DNA of 64,000 nt from a virus (taxonomy: Duplodnaviria > Heunggongvirae > Uroviricota > Caudoviricetes), in the IMG/VR virus record IMGVR_UViG_2534682349_000001; one strand, given 5' to 3'. The translations under genes were made by a program, and so were the position numbers. Shown one piece after another: positions 9,445 through 19,094 of this stretch (positions are counted from its first letter, which is position 1; each line of letters opens with the position of its first letter). Below the pieces are notes generated by a model. That model saw nothing but the letters and a program-made list of their open reading frames with translations, ran no database searches and was not told the origin of the DNA.

Positions 9445-9799
9445 CGAAACACAAGAAAACATTGATATGAAATTGAGCCCAGATAATATTTACGGCTACA
9501 TTTTTACAACCCAGGGCTATTCAGAAGATCAAGACGACAAACGTAAGAAACCGTTATTCTTCTGGAAAGGATTCCATATGTATCCACTTGTTGTGCAAAA
9601 TCCAGAAGACTATGATTTTGAAGATCCAGATTTTGATGCAACAGAATTGGAATTCTTGGTTTGTACAGAAGGTGGAGACCAAGATAACTATGAGTATGTT
9701 GAAATGAATGCAACGGAACTGCGTGATTTCTTACGTGCGCATCCAGCATTCCGTATGTTCCCAGCAGCAGACTTATTTGAAGAATTACATGTGATTTAA
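9428..9799 (+). CDS. hypothetical acidic protein
   Basis: 123-aa ORF. Confidence 0.4.
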   Translation: MMLMNNETQENIDMKLSPDNIYGYIFTTQGYSEDQDDKRKKPLFFWKGFHMYPLVVQNPEDYDFEDPDFDATELEFLVCTEGGDQDNYEYVEMNATELRDFLRAHPAFRMFPAADLFEELHVI

Positions 9800-9800
9800 T

Positions 9801-10424
9801 ATGGCTCAATTATTCTTTAAATATGGGGCGATGAACGCTGGCAAATCATTGTCTCTATTGACTACAGCTCATAATTATCAAGAACAAAATAAAGATGTTC
9901 TGATTATGACTAGTGCCATCGATGATCGCTATGGCGTTGGAAAGGTTTCAAGTCGAGTAGGATTAAGTTGTGAAGCACAACCAATTAAACCAGAAGATAA
10001 CGTAATTGAATTGATTGCAAAGTTATTGAAGTTAGATATAGAAGGAAGAACTGTTTGGCCACACTGCATTTTAATCGACGAAGCTGAATTCTTAACTGCA
10101 CAGCAAGTCGTTGATTTAGCTAATATTGTTGACACATATAATATTCCAATCATTTGCTATGGCTTACGGACTGATTTTCAATGTAATCTGTTTGAAGGAT
10201 CAAAAACATTATTTGAGGTAGCAGATAAATTAGAGGAAATCAAAACAGTATGTCAATGGTGTGACCATAAAGCAACAATGAATTTAAGAATGGTAGATAG
10301 CGCCCCGGTCTATGATGGAGAGCAAATTCAAATTGGCGACCAGGAATATATCTCAGTTTGCCGATACCATTACACAAATCCAGTAATTAAAGTAACTAAG
10401 AAAAATAAAGAAAAGGAAGTATGA
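9801..10424 (+). CDS. tdk: thymidine kinase
   Basis: MAQLFFKYGAMNAGKS P-loop and the C-terminal CQWC...CRYHY zinc ribbon typical of type II Tdk. Confidence 0.9.
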   Translation: MAQLFFKYGAMNAGKSLSLLTTAHNYQEQNKDVLIMTSAIDDRYGVGKVSSRVGLSCEAQPIKPEDNVIELIAKLLKLDIEGRTVWPHCILIDEAEFLTAQQVVDLANIVDTYNIPIICYGLRTDFQCNLFEGSKTLFEVADKLEEIKTVCQWCDHKATMNLRMVDSAPVYDGEQIQIGDQEYISVCRYHYTNPVIKVTKKNKEKEV

Positions 10425-10479
10425 TACTATTTTACTAAACACTAAGAATAACAACGACGTAAAGATTGCATTAACAGCT

Positions 10480-11052
10480 ATGGGAGCATTAGCACTAGGT
10501 CTTGTAGCAACAGGAACAACGGCAAATGCTGACACAACTATTGACAGCAACCACGTGCAAGTAGAAGCGGGTGACACATTATCTGCCATCGCTCAAAAGC
10601 ATGGAACCGACGTTGATACTCTTGTGCGTGAAAATCATATTGCAAACAAACATTTAATTCACGTAGGAGATAAGTTGGTTGTTATGCCTGGTGTAAAGAA
10701 CACTGATGTAAACGGGCAAGATACCGATAATCATGTAACGAACCCTGTAACTACACCAACTAGCGACCAACAAAATACTACAACTAATACCTTACCAGTT
10801 ACTCAACAAGCACCCGCTACAAGCGGTATTTCAAGCAACTCAGCTAAGGAAGCTATCGCCCAAAAGGAATCCGGCGGTAGTTACACAGCTACAAACGGTA
10901 AGTATATTGGGCGCTACCAACTTGATGCGAGTTATTTAAATGGTAATTACTCAATCGAAAATCAAGAAAAAGTGGCTGAACAATATGTGGCTCAAAGATA
11001 CGGTAGTTGGGACGCTGCTTTAGCATTCCATAATGCACATGGCTGGTACTAA
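10480..11052 (+). CDS. secreted LysM-domain protein with a C-terminal IsaA/SceD-type transglycosylase-like domain
   Basis: LysM-like segment GDTLSAIAQKHGTDVDTL. C-terminal ESGGSY...GKYIGRYQ...WD...GW pattern. Thr/Asn-rich linker. Followed by a strong terminator. Confidence 0.65.
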   Translation: MGALALGLVATGTTANADTTIDSNHVQVEAGDTLSAIAQKHGTDVDTLVRENHIANKHLIHVGDKLVVMPGVKNTDVNGQDTDNHVTNPVTTPTSDQQNTTTNTLPVTQQAPATSGISSNSAKEAIAQKESGGSYTATNGKYIGRYQLDASYLNGNYSIENQEKVAEQYVAQRYGSWDAALAFHNAHGWY

Positions 11053-11115
11053 TTCACAAATGTGATACAATAACATTAAGGAAATCTAAATATGGATTCC
11101 TACCTTCCTAAGATA

Positions 11116-11145
11116 GCTCCACTTCATGTGGGGCTTTTTCTTTTT
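11116..11145 (+). terminator. rho-independent terminator
   Basis: 7-bp GC-rich stem gctccac/gtggggc, 5-nt loop, then tttttcttttt. Confidence 0.6.
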
Positions 11146-11162
11146 GCTTATTTTTAGTAAAG

Positions 11163-11270
11163 AAGTGTTATTTGTTTGTAATAACACTTCCTAATTTAAG
11201 CTATTTTAGCGATCGTTTTTCTGGTAAAATAAAGAAGTGTTATAATTCTATATATCAAAAAATAACACTT
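11163..11270. promoter_or_regulatory. two palindromic operator-like inverted repeats (GAAGTGTTAT-N8/18-ATAACACTTC) upstream of the recombinase gene
   Basis: Arms at 11163–11172/11181–11190 and 11234–11243/11262–11270. TATAAT lies inside the second repeat. Confidence 0.45.
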
Positions 11271-11285
11271 GTATTAGGTGGTTTT

Positions 11286-11879
11286 ATGAAACAGTTAGTC
11301 TTGCCTATAAAAGACTCTTATGTATTATCTGAAGTACAAGATACGTTACTAAATAACTTTAGAGCTGGTGTTAGAAACTACACTATTTTTCAAGTTGGAA
11401 AAGCTACCTTACTTCGAGTAAGTGACGTACTCAGATTAAAACAAGAAGATGTCTATGATAAATATGGTGAGGTAAAAAGAAATGCATTTATTAAAGACAA
11501 AAAGACAGGTAAGCAAAATACATTGTATTTAAAACCTGTCCGTGAAGATTTAGAAAATTACAAAAAATGGTTAGAAGAAAATGATTATTATTTAACAACG
11601 CCCTGGTTATTTCCTTCAACTACCAGACCCAACAAACATATTGACGAAAGGCAATATTATACGGTCATGCACGAAGTTGGAGATCTCTTGGACATTCCAT
11701 ATCTTGGAACACACACTATGAGAAAGACTGGGGCATATCGAGTTTATGTACAGAGTAATTATAATATCGGATTAGTCATGTCATTACTTAACCATTCATC
11801 AGAAGAAATGACCCTGAGATATTTGGGATTAGATCAAGTATCCCGGGAAAGATTGTTGGACAAGGTCGATTTTGGGTAA
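11286..11879 (+). CDS. tyrosine recombinase/integrase-family protein (short, catalytic domain only)
   Basis: R...H-x-x-R...Y signature in LLRVSDVLRL ... GTHTMRKTGAYRVY ... MTLRYLGL. Start taken at ATG 11286 (MKQLVLPI). Confidence 0.6.
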   Translation: MKQLVLPIKDSYVLSEVQDTLLNNFRAGVRNYTIFQVGKATLLRVSDVLRLKQEDVYDKYGEVKRNAFIKDKKTGKQNTLYLKPVREDLENYKKWLEENDYYLTTPWLFPSTTRPNKHIDERQYYTVMHEVGDLLDIPYLGTHTMRKTGAYRVYVQSNYNIGLVMSLLNHSSEEMTLRYLGLDQVSRERLLDKVDFG

Positions 11880-12147
11880 GGAGAAAAATATGCAACCATT
11901 ATATATTTTGCAGGGACTTATATGTCTCAATATTCTATTTCAATTAATCGTTATTTCATTTTTTAATAGGAAGAAAAAGCATTGGATTGCCATTGCGCAA
12001 ATGAGTTTAAGCGTTGTTGTTTTAGCTCTCGTCTCAACAGAGCTATTTGTTATTGGACGTGTCAACTTTCCAGTAGTGCTTACATTCATTATTCAATGCG
12101 CCTTGATTCGTATATTTTGGAAGACGCTTAGACAGTTCGAAAATTAA
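11872..12147 (+). CDS. small membrane protein
   Basis: Hydrophobic. Confidence 0.35.
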   Translation: MGKEKNMQPLYILQGLICLNILFQLIVISFFNRKKKHWIAIAQMSLSVVVLALVSTELFVIGRVNFPVVLTFIIQCALIRIFWKTLRQFEN

Positions 12148-12196
12148 CACTATATAATAGGAAGAAACTCGTTCAAAAAAGAAAAAGGTGAGGACT

Positions 12197-12874
12197 ATGG
12201 GAAGAAGATTTGGTAGCAAAAATGGTATGGGGACTGGTTCAACAAGGATGTCTAGGCATACTGGAAGCGGAAGATATGGGAGTGGTGGACGAAAGTCTTC
12301 TATTCATGTTCCTACACGGCCATTCTGGACAACTAAGAAATGGAAAAAGAAACCATTATCTGCCAAGATATTTGATATTGTTATTATGTTAGCTGGATTA
12401 GCAATTATTTTGGTTGTAGCTATGTTTCTTGTTAATGGAACAAAGAACGGAAATAATAATAACGAGAATGTAACATCTGTATATTCAAGCAATAGTAAGA
12501 AAAAGAAAGATTCGTCTTCAAAGAATAAGAATGAAGGGATAGAGGGGGCAAGAGAAACTGAAGAGGGGAATACAGATACTATAAAAAGTGGAACGACCGA
12601 TTCTTCACTTTCTAGAGAAGAAAGTATCGCGCGTGAAGAATCTATTGGTAGAAGCCATAGAGAATATAAGGGCGATAACAACGAAAATAGTGATAACGAT
12701 ATTCAAGATACGTACAGCTTTTCGGGCGCCCTTCAAGAATCATCCGCTCCTTCTAATTCTGCAAGGACCCCGTACACTGAAGATGGAGAATATCCAAAGT
12801 CAACGCAGCAACAAGAACAACCACATTGGTCTTCGTCGACTCCACAGTCTAGTAAAAATAATGCTCCACAATAA
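12197..12874 (+). CDS. membrane-anchored low-complexity (Gly/Ser/Asn-rich) protein
   Basis: ATG 12197 after a GGTGAGG RBS. One transmembrane segment, then an N/S/E-rich tail. Confidence 0.4.
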   Translation: MGRRFGSKNGMGTGSTRMSRHTGSGRYGSGGRKSSIHVPTRPFWTTKKWKKKPLSAKIFDIVIMLAGLAIILVVAMFLVNGTKNGNNNNENVTSVYSSNSKKKKDSSSKNKNEGIEGARETEEGNTDTIKSGTTDSSLSREESIAREESIGRSHREYKGDNNENSDNDIQDTYSFSGALQESSAPSNSARTPYTEDGEYPKSTQQQEQPHWSSSTPQSSKNNAPQ

Positions 12875-13191
12875 GATTTATTATTACATCTCAGACGAAA
12901 TGAAAAATCAATTGACATATAGTTGATCATTTAAATTACGCTGAGAGGTTATTTTTAATGTTGAGTTACAAGAAAAACTTCGGTAAAATAAAAAGGTAGA
13001 TATTTTCCCACAAATATCTCACCCCAATATTCATTCACTAAAATCTCCTCCAAGAAATTTTAGTGAAATATATTTTTTAATCTTTAGACACCCTAAACAT
13101 TTTAGGATGTCTTTTTATTATCCTCTTTACGAACATATGTACGCATGATATACTAATAATACAAACGAACGTTCGATTAAAGTGTTAAAGG

Positions 13192-13635
13192 ATGATTGTA
13201 ATGAGTAATAAGATATACCGTGTTTTGGATGAAGAGTCAGGTGCTTATATCAGTAAAGTTGCCGGATTTATACGATCAGAAAAATATACAAAAGTTGATT
13301 CAGCCTATGTTTACAACAAAGAACAAGCAACAAAGATAGTTAGATTAATGAATTATATGCGGGACCATATGTTGAAAGAAGAAAATTTACCTTCGAAATT
13401 AGAGGAAAGTCTTCGAAGTCAAACTCTTGCCATTATTGAGGTAGAACTAAAAGACGTAAAACTATCTCTAGAAGAGATTGCCAGGGCTCTTGAATCAGCA
13501 AAAGCAAAGAAAATACCCGAAGAACAAGCTTTTAGGAATGCTCAATGGGAAAGAATTCGTCGGTATCACGACTATTTTGATTATGATATTAGTACTCCAA
13601 GTCATCAATATATCTATATGTGTGATTTCTTTTAG
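13192..13635 (+). CDS. hypothetical protein
   Basis: 147-aa ORF. Confidence 0.4.
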   Translation: MIVMSNKIYRVLDEESGAYISKVAGFIRSEKYTKVDSAYVYNKEQATKIVRLMNYMRDHMLKEENLPSKLEESLRSQTLAIIEVELKDVKLSLEEIARALESAKAKKIPEEQAFRNAQWERIRRYHDYFDYDISTPSHQYIYMCDFF

Positions 13636-13648
13636 GAGATGTCTTTAA

Positions 13649-14038
13649 ATGAAAGGACCAATTTTAAATCCTACTAAAAAATTATTACGAAGAGCCAATA
13701 GAAAAATAGAAGAAATATACAATCCACGAAAGAAACAAGCTTTATTCGTGTTCACCACTAACCTTGACGGCTACCATCTTACCTATAAAATGAGTTTAGA
13801 TACTTTTGCTGCTTTAGGAACGGCAATCTCTCCCGTTATGATAAGCGAAATTCCTGCTAAAGATATAGATAGTAAAGAATATATTTTATTTCTATTTGCT
13901 ATTTATAATAAATGGAATAAGTTGCCCATGGTTTTTAGAGGCTATACTCCAGAACAGGTTAAATGGTTTATGAAGAAATTCGGAAATAGAATATACAATG
14001 AAAAATCTACAGTTGACTGGTGGCGTAATACTTATTAA
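13649..14038 (+). CDS. hypothetical protein
   Basis: 129-aa ORF. Confidence 0.4.
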   Translation: MKGPILNPTKKLLRRANRKIEEIYNPRKKQALFVFTTNLDGYHLTYKMSLDTFAALGTAISPVMISEIPAKDIDSKEYILFLFAIYNKWNKLPMVFRGYTPEQVKWFMKKFGNRIYNEKSTVDWWRNTY

Positions 14039-14104
14039 ATAGCTATTTTTATGTTATGATATGATTAGGGTATTGTATGCTGCACAGTAGGAATCTAACA
14101 AAAA

Positions 14105-14158
14105 AATAGACATCTATCATTACCTCAATTGAAGTAGTTAATAGATGTCTATTTTTCT
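14105..14158 (+). terminator. hairpin with T-run (long loop)
   Basis: aatagacatctat ... atagatgtctatt followed by tttctt. Confidence 0.35.
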
Positions 14159-14303
14159 TATTTCTATCAATTGTCCCCCTTGCGCAGGACACAAACCACC
14201 AATTTTATCATAACACTAAAATAATACTATGATCAAGTATGACTTATAGGGTATAATATACCTAGTTACTATTTAAAGTAACTATTTTCATCTTCATTGA
14301 AGC

Positions 14304-14339
14304 TCCAGGACATCTTCCCAGTCCTGGACTTCTTTTTTT
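14304..14339 (+). terminator. rho-independent terminator
   Basis: tccaggac / gtcctgga stem plus ttttttttt. Confidence 0.55.
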
Positions 14340-14859
14340 ATCTGAATCCATAAAGAAACTGAACATACGAAAAAGAAGTTACCATATTGTCTCCAAATCC
14401 ATCTAACATGTTTTTATTATCCAAGATAGGATATACCTTAATTCTCAATCCGATTAATTCCTTATCAGAAAAACTGTCTAAATGTTCATATACAGCTCGT
14501 GGTGAAGTAAACCATGTAGACTCTAAGTCTTTTACAACCTCGAACTTATAGTTGATTAGATGAACTTCAATGTTTTCCTTGCGTTTAATAGTTACTCGGA
14601 ACTTTCTAGAGAACTTCCATTCACCATATTTCATTCGTCCATGCATAGGTATTGATTGTTCTTGTCTTAAAGCAATCCACTTCTTGATTTGCATTCCCTT
14701 AGGGCGTGGCTGAAATTTCATAGTTCGTGCAAACTTTTCTTTTAATTGTTCTCTAGTCAAACTAGTTGATTTACGTTCTAATTCCTTAATTCGTTTTTGT
14801 AATTGTTCATATTCTTGCATTTCTTCTGGGGATAAATTTAATTTATTCATATTTTTCAC
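14338..14859 (-). CDS. hypothetical protein
   Basis: 173-aa ORF. An N-terminal coiled-coil-like EEMQEYEQLQKRIKELERK. Confidence 0.45.
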   Translation of the reverse strand: MKNMNKLNLSPEEMQEYEQLQKRIKELERKSTSLTREQLKEKFARTMKFQPRPKGMQIKKWIALRQEQSIPMHGRMKYGEWKFSRKFRVTIKRKENIEVHLINYKFEVVKDLESTWFTSPRAVYEHLDSFSDKELIGLRIKVYPILDNKNMLDGFGDNMVTSFSYVQFLYGFR

Positions 14860-15075
14860 CTCAAAAAAAATATATCATACTCAGATTAAAAAGTACGCAA
14901 ATTTCAGTAATTGCTGAAAATGAAGTGAAATGCAGAAATTTTTGAAATTCTATTGACATCTTCATGTACAATACTAACTTTATAAAACATTCATTTTAGA
15001 AAATATTTGGCTATGATATAATAATAATGTGCTATTTATCTCCCTAAGCGTAAATGGCATATTCATAAATAAACA

Positions 15076-15110
15076 ACCCGGGAATCGTTTTGGTTCCTGG
15101 GTCTCTTTTT
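15076..15110 (+). terminator. rho-independent terminator
   Basis: acccgggaa / ttcctgggt stem plus ctcttttt. Confidence 0.5.
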
Positions 15111-15182
15111 ATCTATATGATATAATACTAAAGCAGGCAAGTTTTAAGGACGGTGGCCGATTCCTGACTGGAGGTGGTTCAT

Positions 15183-15359
15183 ATGGACTTCACCATTATG
15201 AAAGGATTATCGGCACATGAGCGCTTACCAAGCACTTATGTTAATGTTGACATTTGCGACATTTATTATCGCATTGTTAACCTTTATTTTCACATTTTGT
15301 GCATAATAAAAGACCGTCCTCGTATAACTTTGGCGAGTTGCAGGACGATCTTTTATTAG
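15183..15359 (+). CDS. small ORF (58 aa) inside an inverted-repeat-flanked mini-cassette. An alternative 29-aa hydrophobic peptide (MSAYQALMLMLTFATFIIALLTFIFTFCA) lies in another frame.
   Basis: GGAGGTG RBS 8 nt before the ATG. Own terminator at 15315–15357. Flanked by roughly 29-bp imperfect inverted repeats at 15130–15159 and 15374–15402. Confidence 0.25.
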   Translation: MDFTIMKGLSAHERLPSTYVNVDICDIYYRIVNLYFHILCIIKDRPRITLASCRTIFY

Positions 15360-15535
15360 TTAATCTGTAACATGGCCACCGTCTTTTTAACGGGCCTGCT
15401 TTTTGTGTATCTATATTATAACACAGAAGAAAGGAGGTGAGTAGTCAGTGAATACTTAGTGAGGTGTTCATGAGTCTTTTGTGTTATAACCAGTCATTAA
15501 AATTTTTATTTTAATGCTACAAAAAAACAGACTCT

Positions 15536-16186
15536 TCATAACACTGATTTTCGATATTTTGCAGGCTCATACGTCTCATAGTTATCATCTTTATATTTGA
15601 AAACTTTCTTTCCACGAAGACTGGCCCATATAGTTGCAATTCCCATTAAAAACACCATTATAAATGCAACAATGGCAATTATTTCAAGTAATTTTAATGC
15701 TGGTTCACTCAAAGCAGCAATGTTATCTATCTCCACTGATGATTTTATAAAATCATCACTTAACGGAATATATTGCCATATACCTATTGAAGCAGTAAGC
15801 ACTGCAATATACAACTCGACCATAAACTTTTGTTGTTTACCAATAAATGTTAACTCCATATTTTGCTTATCTTCACTCCAATTAGGGACTCCAAAAAATA
15901 TTGATGATATTGCAAATAACAAAGCCCCCAATATCACAGACGATACTTTTTGTGCATGAAGAATTATTATTTGTTCCTTGTTTATGTAGGTTATTGTCAT
16001 AATCAGAATTGCTGTAAGAAGAGCAACTAACAAAATACCAGCTCCGACAAGCAAAATTACAATTATCTTAAAAATTAAGTTCTTGTTTTGTAAATAACTC
16101 CCAACCTTATCTATAATCAAAGAGATTCCTAGAATAATGAGAAAGAATACAGTAATCAAGATTACAAAACCTATAGATGCTATCAT
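15536..16186 (-). CDS. multi-pass membrane protein
   Basis: 216 aa with 5–6 hydrophobic helices. Confidence 0.5.
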   Translation of the reverse strand: MIASIGFVILITVFFLIILGISLIIDKVGSYLQNKNLIFKIIVILLVGAGILLVALLTAILIMTITYINKEQIIILHAQKVSSVILGALLFAISSIFFGVPNWSEDKQNMELTFIGKQQKFMVELYIAVLTASIGIWQYIPLSDDFIKSSVEIDNIAALSEPALKLLEIIAIVAFIMVFLMGIATIWASLRGKKVFKYKDDNYETYEPAKYRKSVL

Positions 16187-16438
16187 AAAACTTTACCACC
16201 TTAATAACGCAATAGACTAATAATTATAGTCAAAGTAGTTTTCATTATGCGACGATTTTATCAATTTATTACAATATCCTATGATATAATAATTAGCAGA
16301 TTATAGTATACGTTGGTATGTTCAATCTCTGGTTTGAATAAGCTGGAGGCGCTGCCAATGACAGTTAGAAAAACTTAACCCATGATGAAGGTTTCATGGG
16401 AAAGGAGGACGGCGGGTCAATGTTCTTAAACATGAACC

Positions 16439-16597
16439 CCTTTGATAGCTTATGGAAAGTTATCTGGGCCATGCAAGGACTAACCCCGGGTGTGCAATAT
16501 GCTACCTTGATCACTTTTGTAGTGGTCGTAAGCATTATTGCATTCACCGTTTGCTATACGCATCCGCGTAAATAAGGCAAACAAAAAACACCATCCA
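16439..16597 (+). CDS. small membrane protein (52 aa)
   Basis: AAGGAGG RBS, then MFLNMNPF...ATLITFVVVVSIIAFTVCY. Promoter TTATCA-N16-TATGAT at about 16254–16281. A 5' hairpin at 16379–16402. Confidence 0.3.
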
Positions 16598-16792
16598 ATA
16601 AAGTTTTGACCGACTTTAGATGGTGCTTAGTCTCTACGTTGTTTAGGGATTGAGCATTGTCAACAATACTCATAATCTCGAAAGAGTCATGCGCCCACAT
16701 GGCTCTTTTTGTTTACAAATATATTATAACATATCACTTTGCGGAAGTGTATGGATAAATGCGGAAGACTGCAGCTCATTGCGGAATAATCA

Positions 16793-17041
16793 CTATGCCG
16801 CCTGCTCCATTCTAGTCAACTTAGTTCTCATCATTGCGGCTGCATGGCAATAAATTTCATAGCAAGGATCATCTTTTTCAAAGATTAATGCTTCGTTTAG
16901 ATTTGGTGTTAAATATACTTCATTAACCTCAACGTTAGACGTTTTCATACCAAATCTACTCGTTAGTTGCTTGCCATCAACTCCACTTACATATAACTGT
17001 CCAACCTTGATTAAATAAAATGTCTCTTTTATAAGGATCAC
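16793..17041 (-). CDS. hypothetical protein
   Basis: 82-aa ORF. It overlaps the TTGCGGAA repeats. Confidence 0.3.
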   Translation of the reverse strand: MILIKETFYLIKVGQLYVSGVDGKQLTSRFGMKTSNVEVNEVYLTPNLNEALIFEKDDPCYEIYCHAAAMMRTKLTRMEQAA

Positions 17042-17367
17042 CGTCCATTCTTTATAATGCCCAAATACTCTAAGAATACGTTCCTAACGAAATCTGGGAC
17101 TCTATTCCAGTCAATTGCCGGCCGAATTAAAACATCATCATTTTCTAAAACAGTGACCTCAACTTGACCTCTCGACATCTGCTCTATACGTTCTTTGAAT
17201 TCAGCTGCTAACAATTAACAACCTCCTAACTGACTTCTTTAACTAAAAATCCTGTTGCAATGATAATTGGGACAATAATAAATAGGCTGATACCACCATA
17301 TGCAATAGTAGATACGCCTAAAAACGCCAATATTACTAATAATGAAATAATTGCTGTATAGCTCATG

Positions 17368-17652
17368 TTATGCTACCGCCCAATTAAAAATTCTTACATC
17401 ATCTTTAATCTTATCAAGTTCTTTACGCATTCGCTTTTTGTATGTATCACCCATATCTATGTCATCTAGGAACTTTTCTGCTTCTGCAAAGGATCTGAAA
17501 ATATCATAATCACAGAAAAACGCATCTAATCTTTTAAACGTGATATACGAATCATACTCGTCACTATCGTTTACAAGTTCCCAAAAGTCACTGTTCAGGG
17601 CTTTATTTAGACGATAACTTTTATCAGTAGGTTGCACTAAGATAATTTCCAT
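17368..17652 (-). CDS. hypothetical protein
   Basis: 94-aa ORF. Confidence 0.45.
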   Translation of the reverse strand: MEIILVQPTDKSYRLNKALNSDFWELVNDSDEYDSYITFKRLDAFFCDYDIFRSFAEAEKFLDDIDMGDTYKKRMRKELDKIKDDVRIFNWAVA

Positions 17653-17659
17653 AATCCAC

Positions 17660-17899
17660 CTACCGTCTTACTACTTCGCCATCTACAATAATCTTGTAAT
17701 GGTCATCGTCAGTATATAATCGAATAATCCCATCAGACATTTCTAGACGGACACCATTCATATTAACGATACTGCTACCACAGGAATGGTATTGATTTAG
17801 ACTTTTGCCAGTACCCATGTTAATTGAAATTGCTTCTTGATCTAATACGTTTTTGATTTTTCTAAATAAGTTTTTCAAAGTCTTTCTCCTTCCTACCAA
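17660..17899 (-). CDS. hypothetical protein
   Basis: 79-aa ORF. Confidence 0.4.
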   Translation of the reverse strand: MVGRRKTLKNLFRKIKNVLDQEAISINMGTGKSLNQYHSCGSSIVNMNGVRLEMSDGIIRLYTDDDHYKIIVDGEVVRR

Positions 17900-17995
17900 C
17901 TTGCTTGAATGATTAAGAAAACTAGTGCAAAAACTACTCCTACAAGAAAAATTCCTATAATAATAATTCCAACTTAAAATATCCGTTTTATCTAA

Positions 17996-18604
17996 TTAGA
18001 ACACCTTCCCGTCGTAAGGCTTGAACATAACATCGTGGAAATCAAAATCTCTCGCTTCGCTTAATGTAATAATTCGAGTATTGCCACAACCGACCATCAA
18101 ATTAAGCGGAATATCTTTTTCATCATCAGGAATGATTAAAATATTTGGCTTGTGTAAAGCATAAAGTACCCCTTGTTCATACGTCTGACCAACGTCTGGT
18201 TTACTTGGCATAAATAATCCAATACCCATTTCCATGCCATACATTGCGTGCATATCCATTTGGTATGTATTCTGTTGCCATTCACGGTCTCCCATTACTT
18301 CTGGGTGTTCATTTACATCAATGTCATTGTATTGATGGCTTAATGGGTGGTGACTGTATTGCAATGAAACCGATGGATTTTGGCCTAATGCTTCTAATCC
18401 CTTTTCCATAAAATCAATTTCTTCTGGACTGAACCACGAGCATTGAATATATGCGCGGACTGCCGAAACGCCATTATGAACTACTACATCTTCATATTTG
18501 CGCCCTGCTAATTCAACGGAGCCGTTTTGTACTGGCAATCCTCCAGCAATAGCCTCCAAGAATAATTTACTTGTTTCTGGTTGATGTGTGTTTTCTTGTG
18601 CCAT
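17996..18604 (-). CDS. ndt: nucleoside 2-deoxyribosyltransferase
   Basis: Close match to the Lactobacillus NDT pattern: WF...DEHPE...GxEMGxxL...IPDDEKDIPLNLM...DFDFH...YDGKVF (catalytic Glu context). Confidence 0.8.
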   Translation of the reverse strand: MAQENTHQPETSKLFLEAIAGGLPVQNGSVELAGRKYEDVVVHNGVSAVRAYIQCSWFSPEEIDFMEKGLEALGQNPSVSLQYSHHPLSHQYNDIDVNEHPEVMGDREWQQNTYQMDMHAMYGMEMGIGLFMPSKPDVGQTYEQGVLYALHKPNILIIPDDEKDIPLNLMVGCGNTRIITLSEARDFDFHDVMFKPYDGKVF

Positions 18605-18714
18605 AACTCTCTATTCCTCCATATTCTTTATGTATCATTACCATTTTCTTCTTGAATTCAATAGCACCAACAGACAAAGAATCGCTGTGGTGATTACTAC
18701 TAATACTTCATTAC

Positions 18715-19068
18715 TCATGACCAGGGTTCCACATATGGTCCCGATTCAACACTAAAACTGTTACCTTTCCAAATCTTCTCTAACGCATCTTTCATCTCGG
18801 CATTAACCATAATCGGGTCACAACCGAAAACCGTAAGCTTGTATCTGCGTTCATTGTCCTGTGATAACTCTTTTTCTGCGTCACGTCTAAATCTATATTC
18901 TTGACCATCTAGTTTGATATAGATATTTTGGTCGTAATTATTCTTTGGTACTTGTTCAAAGAACTTTTTTCGCTCGCCTGCGTCAGCAAACAGGTCAACA
19001 TTATTATCATAAGCACTGGCTAACAATACTTTGTTACCCTTAGTATCTTTGTAATATACAGTAATCAT
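18715..19068 (-). CDS. hypothetical protein
   Basis: 117-aa ORF. Confidence 0.45.
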   Translation of the reverse strand: MITVYYKDTKGNKVLLASAYDNNVDLFADAGERKKFFEQVPKNNYDQNIYIKLDGQEYRFRRDAEKELSQDNERRYKLTVFGCDPIMVNAEMKDALEKIWKGNSFSVESGPYVEPWS

Positions 19069-19094
19069 TTTTACCCTCCTTAAAAACTGATATG

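Noticed and set aside
9504-10589. ORFs on the − strand (9504..9809, 9929..10153, 10353..10589) antisense to 9428..9799, tdk and the LysM gene.
   Set aside because: Antisense to genes with strong motif support (the Tdk P-loop and zinc ribbon). No RBS.
12210-12930. Overlapping alternative ORFs (12210..12392, 12304..12681 −, 12588..12926, 12733..12930 −) in the low-complexity region.
   Set aside because: Low-complexity A/G-rich DNA gives open frames in several phases. Only the frame with an RBS and a transmembrane segment (12197..12874) was kept.
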